Shown: positions 46,208 through 55,708, numbered from the stretch's first letter. The stretch: 64,000 nt of DNA from Candidatus Omnitrophota bacterium (GCA_021735045.1 JAIPHU010000005.1:647-64646); one strand, 5' to 3'. The notes: generated from the letters alone by a model not told the origin. Numbers and translations: made by a program.

Positions 46208-47842
46208 CACCAATCGAGGGTTATTGTGGTAGTTATCTTTATCTAAAGAAAAAACTATATCAAATCTTTTCCCATAGTTTATAATTTCAGCTAGATCTTT
46301 ATTATACAATACAGCCTCAAAAGTTCTGTCTCCATCAGTGAGCCAAAGAGAATATCTTGATCTAATTTTTTCGATATTTTTTCTTTTGCTTACCCCTTCA
46401 GCCAAAAAAATTGGCTTAGGATTAGCTTCTCCATAAGGGTAAAACAAGTCTAGTCCGCCGATAAGATCCAGATCAATTTGATTAAAGTTTAACTTAGCAT
46501 CTATCTCTAAAGCGGGCATAAAATCTTTTGAACTAATATCTTTGCTTATAGCTAAATTTATATTTTGACGAAAAAGATCTAACTTCTCTTCTTCTAACTC
46601 CATACCTACAGCCTTTTTGTGGCCACCATAAGAAGTTAAAGAAGTTGAACATTTATCTAACATATCCATCAGATGAACCCCTTCTACAGAACGCCCGGAG
46701 CCCTTAGCTACTCCTTGATCAAAAGAAACCACAATAGACGGCCTACGGTACCTATCTTTAAGCCGAGAAGCTACAATACCTAAAACTCCAGGATGCCAGC
46801 CTTTACTGCCAACAACTAAAGCATGTTCACCACAGAGGTCAGTTTTTACTCTTTCTTCAGCTTCTTTTAAAATCTGATTTTGAATATTTTTTCTTAATTT
46901 ATTATGTTCATTAAGCTTTAAGGCGATTTTTTCAGCCTTTTTAATATTATCTGCTAAAAAAAGTTCCAAGGCATCGTTAGCGTGAGCTATACGCCCGGAA
47001 GCATTGATCCTTGGCCCCAAAATATAACCAATATGAAAATTACTTATATTCCTCTGTTTTATTTTTGCCACCTGGCACAAAGCCTTTATCGCAGGCCGCT
47101 TACTTGTCTTTAGGCGGTTGATACCTTCCTTAAGTAAAATCCGGTTTTCCCCTAAAAGCGGTGCAATATCACATACTATCGAAAGAGCTACTAAATCTAA
47201 TACCTGATAACAATCTTTTTTTTCGATAAATTGAATAAGTTTAAAAGCTAAAGCTGCTGCAGTTAAATTAGAAAAAGGATATTTTGAATTTTTTATTTTT
47301 GGATTTACTAACGCTATTGGTTTAGGCATTTTGTCTTGAGGCAGATGATGATCTACTACTATTACATCTATGCCTAAATCTTGAGCGTATTTTACTTCCT
47401 GACAAGAGTTGGTTCCGCAATCAAAAGCAACAATCAGATCTTTCTTTTGTTTTTCAGCAACATCAACTACTTCTTTACTTAATCCATAGCCTTCTTTAAC
47501 ACGGTCTGGTATATAAAAAGTAAAAATATCAGGATAGTTTTTACTAAACTCATTGAATACGGCCAAAGAAGTTATGCCGTCAACATCATAGTCTCCTAAA
47601 ACCATCACTTTTTCTTTTTTAGATATTGCCTGCTCTATTCTTTTTTTTGCCTTATTGATACCAGGCAACAACTTTGCTGAAAAGAGATTATCTAGGCAGG
47701 GGTAAAAAAAAGGAGCAACTTGATCTTCTCCAATTCCACGGGCTAAAGCGATATCTATCAAAAGAGGATTTATCTTAAGCTTAGTTGATATTTCTTTGCT
47801 TTTTTTGGGGACATCTTTTATTTTCCAACGCTGTCTTTTCAT
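46184..47842 (-). CDS. recJ: single-stranded-DNA-specific exonuclease RecJ (short form)
   Basis: 552 aa. DHH motifs (VLGDYDVDGITS; VVDHH) and a DHHA1 region. Confidence 0.85.
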   Translation of the reverse strand: MKRQRWKIKDVPKKSKEISTKLKINPLLIDIALARGIGEDQVAPFFYPCLDNLFSAKLLPGINKAKKRIEQAISKKEKVMVLGDYDVDGITSLAVFNEFSKNYPDIFTFYIPDRVKEGYGLSKEVVDVAEKQKKDLIVAFDCGTNSCQEVKYAQDLGIDVIVVDHHLPQDKMPKPIALVNPKIKNSKYPFSNLTAAALAFKLIQFIEKKDCYQVLDLVALSIVCDIAPLLGENRILLKEGINRLKTSKRPAIKALCQVAKIKQRNISNFHIGYILGPRINASGRIAHANDALELFLADNIKKAEKIALKLNEHNKLRKNIQNQILKEAEERVKTDLCGEHALVVGSKGWHPGVLGIVASRLKDRYRRPSIVVSFDQGVAKGSGRSVEGVHLMDMLDKCSTSLTSYGGHKKAVGMELEEEKLDLFRQNINLAISKDISSKDFMPALEIDAKLNFNQIDLDLIGGLDLFYPYGEANPKPIFLAEGVSKRKNIEKIRSRYSLWLTDGDRTFEAVLYNKDLAEIINYGKRFDIVFSLDKDNYHNNPRLVLRDCRLA

Positions 47843-47880
47843 GGTTTAATCTATTTGCTTCTATTTTTTAGTTGATAAGG

Positions 47881-49476
47881 TTACATCTCTTTGACTGGCT
47901 CTATTCCTAAAATTTCCAAACCAAAGTAAAGAACTTCTTTAGTTGCTTGCAAAATATTTAATCTAACCTTTGTTTTTTTAGGGTCATCACTTAACACTCT
48001 TACCTTTTCATAAAATTTATGAAACATCGAAGCTAGCTCTTTTAAGTATTCGATAATAAATACCGGCTCAAGCAAATAGTAAGATTTCTGCAAACATAGA
48101 GAAAATTGCAGAAGCAGGCGTACCATAGCTAACTCTTGAGGCTCGCTTAGATATTTACTAAAACTTTTATCCGGTTTTTTATCAGTTTTTAAAAAAATAC
48201 TTTCGATTCGAGCACAAACATAATGAATATAGTATAATGGATTATCAAAAGAAGATTTTTTGGCCAAATCAATATCAAAATCTAGATGAGAAGAATTTTT
48301 ACGAGTTAAATAATAAAAACGTGTTGCATCCTTACCTACCTCTTTTATAAGTTCTGAAAGACGAATCAAAGTTCCAGCCCGCTTTGACATTCTTTGCTTG
48401 GATTTAAGCGATACCAGCTGAATAATAACAACTGCAAGCAAATCTTCTTTTTTATAGCCTAGAGCCTTAAGTACAGATTTAATTCTACCGATATAACCAT
48501 GATGGTCAGGCCCCCATAAGTTTATAAGCTTATCATAACCACGCCTACATTTATCATAGTGATAAGCTATATCCGAAGCAAAATAAGTAAGTTGGCCATC
48601 TGATTTTTTAACTACTCGATCTTTGTCATCAGAAAACTTAGTTGAACTAAACCACAGCGCACCTTCTTGCTCATAGATAAGGCCTTTCTTTTCTAAAAAC
48701 TTTATAGACTCTTCTACTTTTTTTTCATTAATTAACTTTTTTTGGCTAAACCAGCTATCAAAAAATATATCTAACTTGCTAAGATCTGATTTAATTAAAT
48801 TTTGCAGAGAAGATAGACAAAAATCATAGAGGTCGGCATTCTTGCCGTCTCGGATATAGTCTGAGGCGATATCTTTTAAGTATTGGCCCTTATATCCACC
48901 TTCTGGTATCTGATAATCTTTACCTTCGATCTCCTTTATTCTTTCTTTAACAGATAAAACCAAAAGTTCCATCTGCTTTCCTGCATCATTGAGGTAATAC
49001 TCTCTTTGAACTTTATCCCCTTGAGCTTCTAACAAATTAGCAATCACATCACCAACCACCGCTTGCCTTCCATGGGCAATAGAAAGAGGCCCGGTAGGAT
49101 TGGCGCTAACAAATTCAATTAATACTTTTGTTTTTTTGTCTTCTTTAAAATAATCTTTTTTATCTTTGATAATTTTTTCTAATGCTTTGATTAAAAACTC
49201 CTGAGAAAAAAATAAATTTATAAAACCTGGTTTTATCAACTCTATCTTTTCAACCTGATTACCAACTTCTTTAATTAACTCTTCTTTAATTTTTTGAGCA
49301 ACATCTAAGGGGTTCTTGCTTATTTTTGAAGCAATCTTTAAAGGCACAGCGGTTGATAAATCACCAAATTTTTGACGCGAGGACAGTTCCCAAACAGGAT
49401 AGTCTAGATCTATATTATATTTTTTCTCAACTATCCCCTTCAAAAGAGAAGAAACTCTATCATAAAAATTTTTCAT
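47881..49476 (-). CDS. argS: arginyl-tRNA synthetase
   Basis: 531 aa. Class I core with SANPTGPLSIAHGR (HIGH-equivalent) and a DALR anticodon-binding C-terminus. Confidence 0.95.
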   Translation of the reverse strand: MKNFYDRVSSLLKGIVEKKYNIDLDYPVWELSSRQKFGDLSTAVPLKIASKISKNPLDVAQKIKEELIKEVGNQVEKIELIKPGFINLFFSQEFLIKALEKIIKDKKDYFKEDKKTKVLIEFVSANPTGPLSIAHGRQAVVGDVIANLLEAQGDKVQREYYLNDAGKQMELLVLSVKERIKEIEGKDYQIPEGGYKGQYLKDIASDYIRDGKNADLYDFCLSSLQNLIKSDLSKLDIFFDSWFSQKKLINEKKVEESIKFLEKKGLIYEQEGALWFSSTKFSDDKDRVVKKSDGQLTYFASDIAYHYDKCRRGYDKLINLWGPDHHGYIGRIKSVLKALGYKKEDLLAVVIIQLVSLKSKQRMSKRAGTLIRLSELIKEVGKDATRFYYLTRKNSSHLDFDIDLAKKSSFDNPLYYIHYVCARIESIFLKTDKKPDKSFSKYLSEPQELAMVRLLLQFSLCLQKSYYLLEPVFIIEYLKELASMFHKFYEKVRVLSDDPKKTKVRLNILQATKEVLYFGLEILGIEPVKEM

Positions 49477-49509
49477 AATGTTTTGCCTTGGACAAAAAGC
49501 ATATACATC

Positions 49510-50598
49510 TTAAATAATTCCAGAAACTTTTAAAACTTCCTTTGTGCTAGGCTTGATAACAGGAGGGCGTTTTATATTATTAATAGCTATTTGAGGGTCT
49601 TTTAATCCGTGTCCGGTTAAAGTGCAGGTAATAATTGTTCTTTTGCCTTTAATCTTTTTAAAAAAACCTTTTTTATTTAATTTTAGCAAGCCAGCTATAG
49701 AGGCTGCCGAAGCTGGTTCGGCAAAGACACCCTCTTGTTTTGCTAATATCTTATAAGCAGAAATAATTTGATTATCAGTTACAGAATCTATTAATCCTTT
49801 TGACTCATCCTTAGCTTCAACTGCTTTTTCCCAACTAGCAGGATTCCCAATCCTTATAGCCGTAGCCAAAGTTTCAGGATTTTTAAAAGGTTTTCCTCTG
49901 ACAATCGGAGAAGCTCCCTTGGCTTGAAACCCTAACATCTGTGGCAAACAAGAACTCTTTTTTTGCGAATAATACTCTTTATACCCTTTCCAATAAGCAG
50001 TTATATTGCCAGCATTACCTACAGGAAGTATATGAAAATCAGGACTACAACCTAGATAATCACAAATCTCAAAAGCAGCCGTCTTTTGGCCCTCTATCCT
50101 GTAAGGATTAATAGAATTAACTAAAGTCACCGGGTAGTTAGTAGATATCTCTTTTACAATATCTAAAGCATGATCAAAGTTACCTTTGATAGCTACCACC
50201 TTTGCATTATGGATTAAAGCTTGGGCTAACTTGCCTAAAGCGATAGCCCCCTCTGGAATTACCACAACACACTTCATACCCGCTCTGGCCGAATAAGCTG
50301 CTGCTGAAGCAGAAGTATTGCCGGTTGAAGCACAAATTACAGCTTTCATCTTATTTTCAACCGCCTTAGCCATAGCAACCGTCATCCCTCTATCTTTAAA
50401 TGAACCGGTAGGGTTTAGCCCTTCGTATTTAAGATAAACTTCAAAGCTTTTACCTAACCGTTTTGATAAACTAGGCGAATAGATTAAAGGGGTATTTCCT
50501 TCTAGAAGGGTTATCCGGGGTGTTTTTTTGCTAACCGGCAAAAATTTTTTATATCTTTCGATTACACCTTTATAAGCTTTTTTAGAGTTTAAAATCAT
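49510..50598 (-). CDS. thrC: threonine synthase
   Basis: 362 aa. PLP-lysine motif TGSFKDRG and the fold-type II PLP enzyme architecture. Downstream of hom. Confidence 0.9.
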   Translation of the reverse strand: MILNSKKAYKGVIERYKKFLPVSKKTPRITLLEGNTPLIYSPSLSKRLGKSFEVYLKYEGLNPTGSFKDRGMTVAMAKAVENKMKAVICASTGNTSASAAAYSARAGMKCVVVIPEGAIALGKLAQALIHNAKVVAIKGNFDHALDIVKEISTNYPVTLVNSINPYRIEGQKTAAFEICDYLGCSPDFHILPVGNAGNITAYWKGYKEYYSQKKSSCLPQMLGFQAKGASPIVRGKPFKNPETLATAIRIGNPASWEKAVEAKDESKGLIDSVTDNQIISAYKILAKQEGVFAEPASAASIAGLLKLNKKGFFKKIKGKRTIITCTLTGHGLKDPQIAINNIKRPPVIKPSTKEVLKVSGII

Positions 50599-50627
50599 CT
50601 TTTTTTTTAATATTATTTTAACAAAGG

Positions 50628-51896
50628 CTAAATCTTTTCTATCCTAATCAGCTGAGAGGGGCTTTTGACTATTGATAACTTATCTATTTTTGACATTGCT
50701 TTTTTTAAATCTTTTTCTTTAGCTTCATGAGTCACCATAACCAAGGGGACAAATTTTCCTCTACTGCGCATTTTTTGACTTACAGATAATATGCTTATAT
50801 CGGATAAAGCAAGAATTTTAGTAATTTTAGCTAAAGCCCCGGGCCTATCTTGAATCATACATCTAAGATAATATTGATTTTCAACTTCCTTAATATCTTT
50901 TATAGTTAGATCTTCTTCTTTTCGTGCAAACCCTTTATTACCTGAGGCTATAGTTACAATATCTGAAACTACCGAAGAAGAAGTAGGTGTACCTCCAGCG
51001 CCTTCTCCAAAAAAGAGTAACTCGCCGGCCGGATGAGTGTATAGAGTTACCGCATTATAAGCCAAAGGAATCCCGGATAGCGGATGCCGCTGCGGCACAA
51101 GCACCGGATGAACTCGCAAATCTAAAGAATTCCTGTTACGCTTAGCAATTGCCAATAGTTTAATACGATATTTTAATTCTTTTGCATAAGTAATATCTAA
51201 TAAAGATAGTTTTGTTATCCCTTCGGTATATACTTTAGAAAGCTTAGGCCAAATTCCATAACAAAGGTAACTTAAAATACAAAGCTTATGAAGAGTATCT
51301 CCTCCTTCTATGTCAAAAGTTGGATCTTGTTCAGCCAATCCTTTTTCCTGAGCTTGAGTAAGAGCTTTTTGAAAACTAATATTTTCTTTTTCCATTTTAT
51401 AAAGTATATAGTTGGCTGTGCCATTTAAAATTCCAAAAATTTTATCAACTTGACAGCCAATTAACCCTTCTGATACGCTTTTTATAATCGGAATCGCTCC
51501 ACAGACAGAAGCTTCAAAACCGACTGATACATCATTTTTTGCGGCTAAATTAAAAATAGTTTTCCCATTTTTAGCTAAAAGAGCCTTATTTGCTGTAACC
51601 AAGCTCTTTTTATTTTTCAAAGAATCCCGGATTAGACTATAAGCTGGTTCTATCCCGCCAATTAACTCGATAACTATATCAATATCAGGATCGTTAATAA
51701 TTTTATAAGGATTGGTAGTAAAAGGTAATGAAAACTCTTTGGCAACCTTGCCCTTAGAACGGTTAGCATCACAAACTTTTTTAATCTTAATATCTAAAGA
51801 AGTCCGCCTTGTAATTAAAGAAGAATTTTTCTTTAATGTCCTTAAAACCCCTTGCCCAACTGTCCCTAAACCAATCAAACCTATTTTTTTAATCAT
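50628..51896 (-). CDS. hom: homoserine dehydrogenase with C-terminal ACT domain
   Basis: 422 aa. NAD-binding GLIGLGTVG and a C-terminal ACT regulatory domain. Start overlaps the pilZ stop (ATGA). Confidence 0.9.
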   Translation of the reverse strand: MIKKIGLIGLGTVGQGVLRTLKKNSSLITRRTSLDIKIKKVCDANRSKGKVAKEFSLPFTTNPYKIINDPDIDIVIELIGGIEPAYSLIRDSLKNKKSLVTANKALLAKNGKTIFNLAAKNDVSVGFEASVCGAIPIIKSVSEGLIGCQVDKIFGILNGTANYILYKMEKENISFQKALTQAQEKGLAEQDPTFDIEGGDTLHKLCILSYLCYGIWPKLSKVYTEGITKLSLLDITYAKELKYRIKLLAIAKRNRNSLDLRVHPVLVPQRHPLSGIPLAYNAVTLYTHPAGELLFFGEGAGGTPTSSSVVSDIVTIASGNKGFARKEEDLTIKDIKEVENQYYLRCMIQDRPGALAKITKILALSDISILSVSQKMRSRGKFVPLVMVTHEAKEKDLKKAMSKIDKLSIVKSPSQLIRIEKI

Positions 51897-52246
51897 TTAT
51901 CTAACTCTTTGTTTATAAAATTTCCAATCTTTTTTAAAAAAGCCTCATCTGAATCTTTAAACTGTATGTGAGTCTCATAAAGTAAATTTTTTACTTTCTC
52001 TTCAGAGTTCACTACTTGGCCGGTAAGTTTTAACTTATCCGAGGCAAAAGGAAAACGAATAGTCATAGATAAAAGTGTTCCTTGCTCAAAACCTTTATTA
52101 GTAGTCAAAAATAATCCTCCTTGACTAACATCTTTGGTTTGGCTAAGGTCAAAATCAGAAGGAGGTTCTATAATTTTATAACTTACAATAAAATTAGCAT
52201 TCAAACGCGGATGTTTTCTTCTTTCTGGACCTTTATATTTTCCCAT
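51893..52246 (-). CDS. PilZ-domain protein (c-di-GMP receptor-like)
   Basis: Both PilZ motifs are present: RKHPR (RxxxR) and DVSQGG (D/NxSxGG). I start it at the ATG at 52244-52246, preceded by the SD AAGGAGGAGG. The longer ORF-track call (to 52354) runs into the tRNA-Pro gene and is rejected. Confidence 0.75.
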   Translation of the reverse strand: MGKYKGPERRKHPRLNANFIVSYKIIEPPSDFDLSQTKDVSQGGLFLTTNKGFEQGTLLSMTIRFPFASDKLKLTGQVVNSEEKVKNLLYETHIQFKDSDEAFLKKIGNFINKELDK

Positions 52247-52312
52247 ACTACCTCCTCCTTTTATTTCTGTGTAGCCCCACTTGCCTTTTGCCTTGTATTG
52301 GGCGAAGCAGAA

Positions 52313-52388
52313 TCGGGAGAGCGGGATTCGAACCCGCGACCCCTTGCACCCCATGCAAGTGCGCTAAGCCAAACTGCGCCACCTCCCG
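52313..52388 (-). tRNA. tRNA-Pro (anticodon GGG)
   Basis: From the reverse complement: acceptor CGGGAGG with the C1:G72 pair typical of bacterial tRNA-Pro, D-stem GCGC/GCGC, anticodon stem CTTGC/GCAAG with loop ATGGGGT (GGG, G37), T-arm GCGGG-TTCGAAT-CCCGC, discriminator A. Confidence 0.85.
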
Positions 52389-52540
52389 TTGAAAATGCAA
52401 TTATATAGGGTTATTCTTTCATTTTCAACGGCACTGAACCGACTTCTTCGGCGAAGTGCCTAAACACCTAAATGAGATACTTCGTCATTTCATTCCTCAG
52501 TATTAATTCGACTAATCCCGGCGTTCCGCCGGGAAAGTCT
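52389..52540 (-). ncRNA. conserved structured leader module immediately 5' of tRNA-Pro (copy 2 of 2)
   Basis: Same four-hairpin layout as copy 1: cccggcg-ttc-cgccggg (52517-52533); gatact...agtatt (52476-52504); ggcact[ccga..tcgg]agtgcc (52430-52460); (g)ttgaaaat...attttcaac (52388-52429). Unpaired regions are near-identical and stems co-vary. Confidence 0.45.
52400..52428 (-). promoter_or_regulatory. inner promoter-like element (P2) TTGAAA-N17-TATAAT, ~10 nt upstream of tRNA-Pro
   Basis: On the minus strand, TTGAAA (complement of 52423-52428), 17 nt, TATAAT (complement of 52400-52405). Same arrangement as at tRNA-Ala. Confidence 0.45.
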
Positions 52541-52546
52541 CATTGA

Positions 52547-52575
52547 ATTCTATCATGCTTTATAAGGGCTATCAA
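52547..52575 (-). promoter_or_regulatory. sigma70-like outer promoter (P1) of the tRNA-Pro leader: TTGATA-N17-TAGAAT
   Basis: On the minus strand, TTGATA (complement of 52570-52575), 17 nt, TAGAAT (complement of 52547-52552). Sits in the same position relative to the conserved module as copy 1's P1. Confidence 0.45.
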
Positions 52576-52576
52576 G

Positions 52577-53047
52577 TTAAATCGCCTTAGCTGTAAAAGA
52601 AAATTGCTTAAGCAACTTACCTTGTGTGTAAATTTTTATTTGATATTGGCCTAAAGGGTCCCCTTTGCTTAACCCCCATACATTGTAAATAATCCCATCT
52701 GCTAAATTAGATGATCTTTTAGTGATTGCTTTCTTTCCGTTTCTACTTATTTTTGTTGATTTGGTAACTAGTAATTTTTTAGGCTTCTCAGGAAAAACAA
52801 CAACTTCTTCCCAGGATATATCTTTGTCTATCTCCTCGGTTACAATAATCCAGCCAAAACCAAGATCATCTTTTAAGGTGATTATTTCTGTCTCTTTAAT
52901 TTTAGGAATATCGCCTCGATAACCAACTACTAAACCAGATTTTGCTCCCAAAACCTTTACCTGATAACCGTTATTAACAGCATATAACCCTAGGCCTAGC
53001 AAAATAACAACTGTTATAGTTACTATCATCGGCTTCTTTGATTTCAT
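52577..53047 (-). CDS. hypothetical protein with N-terminal membrane anchor or signal peptide
   Basis: 156 aa. N-terminal hydrophobic segment (MIVTITVVILLGLGLYAV), then a beta-rich soluble domain. No motif recognised. Confidence 0.4.
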   Translation of the reverse strand: MKSKKPMIVTITVVILLGLGLYAVNNGYQVKVLGAKSGLVVGYRGDIPKIKETEIITLKDDLGFGWIIVTEEIDKDISWEEVVVFPEKPKKLLVTKSTKISRNGKKAITKRSSNLADGIIYNVWGLSKGDPLGQYQIKIYTQGKLLKQFSFTAKAI

Positions 53048-53064
53048 TTGCCCTCCAATATAAA

Positions 53065-54069
53065 TTAATTTATCTTTTCTTTTTTTAACGGCCGATTCAT
53101 CAAATCGGTAACCGCTTGGTAAGCTGACTTATTTTGGTATAACACAGCATACACTTGTTCAATGATTGGCATAGTTACCTTGAACTTTTTACTTATTTCA
53201 TATGCTGATTTTGTAGTTTCTATGCCTTCGGCAACCATATTCATATTTTCGGTAATCTCTTTAAGCTTTTGGCCTTTACCTATAAGCTCTCCAACTGTCC
53301 TGTTGCGAGAATGAGGGGAAAAACAAGTAGTCATTAAATCTCCTAGCCCACTAATTCCCCAAAATGTTTTGGGTTTAGCTCCTAGCTGTTTGCCCAACCG
53401 CGTAATTTCAACTAACCCTCTGGTTACCAGCGCAGCTTTAGTATTTGTACCAAAGCCTAAACCATCGGATATACCACAAGCTAATGCAATAACATTTTTC
53501 AATGACCCACCCAGCTCAACACCAGCAATATCGCTATGGAGATAAATCCTAAAAGTCTGACTATTAAATAATTTTTGCAGTTTTAGCCCTATTGATTCTT
53601 GCCCAAAGGCCATAATCGCAGTTGTCGGTATGCCCTTAGCTACTTCTTTTGCTATAGTGGGTCCTGAAAGGACAGCAATATTATCTGTTTTTAACTCTTC
53701 TTTTATAATTTCTGAAACTCTTTTTAACGACTTTAGTTCAATACCTTTACTTACACTTACAAAAATTTTATTTTTGAAGTTTTTTTGGCAAGCAAATATT
53801 TCTTTCAACACTTTTCTTACAAACTTAACTGGAATAGCAATTAAAATAACATCTTCATCTAATGTTTGGCTTAAGGAAGGTTCTATAGACAAACAGGAAG
53901 GAAATTTTACATCTTTTAGGAAAGTCTTGTTCTCTCTTTCCTTTTCCATCTCGAGATTATGCTGTTTAAATACACTATGAAGTTTTACCTGAACATCTTT
54001 TTTAGCTAAATAAACCGCTAGAGTTGTACCCCAGCTACCAGCACCAATTATGGATATCGAATCTTTCAT
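53065..54069 (-). CDS. gpsA: NAD(P)H-dependent glycerol-3-phosphate dehydrogenase
   Basis: 334 aa. Rossmann motif ISIIGAGSWGTTLA and the GpsA fold. Confidence 0.9.
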   Translation of the reverse strand: MKDSISIIGAGSWGTTLAVYLAKKDVQVKLHSVFKQHNLEMEKERENKTFLKDVKFPSCLSIEPSLSQTLDEDVILIAIPVKFVRKVLKEIFACQKNFKNKIFVSVSKGIELKSLKRVSEIIKEELKTDNIAVLSGPTIAKEVAKGIPTTAIMAFGQESIGLKLQKLFNSQTFRIYLHSDIAGVELGGSLKNVIALACGISDGLGFGTNTKAALVTRGLVEITRLGKQLGAKPKTFWGISGLGDLMTTCFSPHSRNRTVGELIGKGQKLKEITENMNMVAEGIETTKSAYEISKKFKVTMPIIEQVYAVLYQNKSAYQAVTDLMNRPLKKEKIN

Positions 54070-54074
54070 AGATT

Positions 54075-54106
54075 AGTTAATTGGTTAATTAGTTAATTGG
54101 TTAATT
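54075..54106. repeat. perfect tandem duplication of the 16-mer AGTTAATTGGTTAATT
   Basis: Copies at 54075-54090 and 54091-54106, in the spacer between the gpsA start and tRNA-Gly. The downstream CACCAATTAACC is complementary to GGTTAATTGG, so an AT-rich hairpin can form. Confidence 0.5.
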
Positions 54107-54139
54107 TTCTACTCACCAATTAACCACTCACCAAAAATA

Positions 54140-54210
54140 AGCGGGCGAGCGGAGTCGAACCGCCATATCTGGCTTGGAAGGCCAGTGTTCTGCCATTGAA
54201 CTACGCCCGC
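54140..54210 (-). tRNA. tRNA-Gly (anticodon UCC)
   Basis: Reverse complement GCGGGCG...: anticodon stem CTGGC/GCCAG with loop CTTCCAA (TCC), T-loop TTCGACT, discriminator U, which is typical of tRNA-Gly. Confidence 0.8.
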
Positions 54211-54211
54211 A

Positions 54212-54296
54212 TGGGCAGGGGAGGATTTGAACCTCCGAAGCGCAAGCGCAACAGATTTACAGTCTGTCCCCTTTAACCAGACTCGGGAACCTGCCC
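54212..54296 (-). tRNA. tRNA-Tyr (anticodon GUA), class II
   Basis: Acceptor GGGCAGG/CCTGCCC, anticodon stem ACAGA/TCTGT with loop CTGTAAA (GTA), long variable arm GCGCTTGCGCTTCG, T-arm GGAGG-TTCAAAT-CCTCC, discriminator A. Confidence 0.8.
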
Positions 54297-54303
54297 GAAA
54301 ATA

Positions 54304-54377
54304 AGCCGGCGAGAGGAATCGAACCTCCAACATCCTCATTACAAGTGAGGTGCTCTGCCAGATTGAGCTACACCGGC
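54304..54377 (-). tRNA. tRNA-Thr (anticodon UGU)
   Basis: Acceptor GCCGGTG/CGCCGGC, D-arm TAGCTCAATCTGGCAGAGC, anticodon stem CCTCA/TGAGG with loop CTTGTAA (TGT), T-arm GGAGG-TTCGATT-CCTCT. First gene of a Thr-Tyr-Gly cluster resembling E. coli thrU-tyrU-glyT. Confidence 0.8.
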
Positions 54378-55219
54378 AATTTTTTAATAGCCTGGGGCAA
54401 ATAGTTAATTAAATCAGAAGCTACTACACAACTTTGAGTTTTTTCTTGAGCGGCTAAATCTCCGGCTAAGCCATGAAGATGCACCCCTAACTTTGTCGCT
54501 TCATAACTATTAATACCTTGAGCGATCAAGCCAGCTATCATCCCACTCAATACATCACCGGTTCCTGCAGTAGCCATAGCTGGATTACCAGTATCATTTT
54601 CAAAAACCATCTTCCCATTAGTCACTAGAGTTCTGTGCCCTTTAAGAGCAAGGTTAAGATTATATCTAAGAGCAAAGTTTTTCGCAAGTTCTTTTCTGTT
54701 TTCTTTAATTTGCCTAATTTTTTTCTTTACCAGTCGAGAAAACTCTCCTAGATGAGGAGTTAATACAATGTTCTGATTATTATTTTTCTTTAACACTTTT
54801 AAACTTAAAGAAAGAATATTAAGGCCATCAGCATCTATGACCAAAGGTTTATCCACTTTTTTAATTATTTTAATTACTAATTTTTGCGTAGCAGGATGCA
54901 ATCCAGCTCCTGGCCCTAAAACTAACACGCTAACTTTATCTAAACTTCTCTCTATTGTTTTAAAGGCTTTAGCCGATAGATGGCCTTTCTTATCCGCCAA
55001 AGGAATACTCATTTCCTCGGTTAACTTTATTTCAAATATCGAATGCAAGCTCTCAGCTACTGCTACTTTTACCAAACCAGCCCCAATACGTAATGCGGCC
55101 TGGGCGCAAAGACAAACTGCTCCGGTTAACCCGGGAGAGCCTCCGACTACAAGAACTTGCCCATAACTTCCCTTATGGGTTTCAGGTTTTCTTTTGAGCA
55201 ACTGCATAAGCGACTGCAT
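54368..55219 (-). CDS. nnrD: ADP-dependent NAD(P)H-hydrate dehydratase (YjeF C-terminal domain / Nnr)
   Basis: 283 aa. Carbohydrate-kinase-like fold with GSYGQVLVVGGS and GTGDVLSG motifs. Its stop overlaps the 5' end of tRNA-Thr. Confidence 0.8.
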   Translation of the reverse strand: MQSLMQLLKRKPETHKGSYGQVLVVGGSPGLTGAVCLCAQAALRIGAGLVKVAVAESLHSIFEIKLTEEMSIPLADKKGHLSAKAFKTIERSLDKVSVLVLGPGAGLHPATQKLVIKIIKKVDKPLVIDADGLNILSLSLKVLKKNNNQNIVLTPHLGEFSRLVKKKIRQIKENRKELAKNFALRYNLNLALKGHRTLVTNGKMVFENDTGNPAMATAGTGDVLSGMIAGLIAQGINSYEATKLGVHLHGLAGDLAAQEKTQSCVVASDLINYLPQAIKKLPV

Positions 55220-55309
55220 AATCTTTAATGAGACTGTAATTTTTCAAGCTTAAAATAAAGAAAAATTACTTAGTCGAACTAATCCTTGACATCTTAGATG
55301 TCAAGGATC

Positions 55310-55681
55310 TTATTTAGGTAATCCCTTTTTTTGAACTTTTTGTGCCACTGCACAAGCGACTGCATAATCTTCAATATGTGTTATCGAAAGAATCAAATCA
55401 GCTTTTGTATCTTTTTTAAAGCTGCAATAAGGTGCTCCATTGGTTCTATTTAATATAATGATATCCCGAAAACTTAAGGGTATGCTTTTTGAAATTGCTT
55501 TTATCACTGCTTCCTTAGCTGCAAATCTAGCCGCTAGCCTTTGATAATACATCTTACCTTGAGAAATCCCTTTTACTTCTTCTGGGTTAAATATTCTTTC
55601 GACAAAACTACTGCCCCATTTTTTAATGGCACCCCTAAACTTATCTATCTTGACCATATCTATACCAATACCTAAAATCAT
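55310..55681 (-). CDS. acpS: holo-[acyl-carrier-protein] synthase
   Basis: 123 aa. N-terminal MILGIGIDMVKIDKF is the AcpS signature. Confidence 0.85.
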   Translation of the reverse strand: MILGIGIDMVKIDKFRGAIKKWGSSFVERIFNPEEVKGISQGKMYYQRLAARFAAKEAVIKAISKSIPLSFRDIIILNRTNGAPYCSFKKDTKADLILSITHIEDYAVACAVAQKVQKKGLPK

Positions 55682-55708
55682 CTTTACATCTATTGACTTA
55701 TTAAATTA

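Noticed and set aside
52247-52354. N-terminal extension of the PilZ ORF in the ORF track
   Set aside because: The extension overlaps tRNA-Pro and has no SD. The internal ATG at 52246 has a strong SD and gives a complete PilZ domain.
54109-54339. 76-aa ORF covering the tRNA-Gly/Tyr/Thr genes
   Set aside because: It is the reverse-strand read-through of three tRNA genes, not a protein gene.
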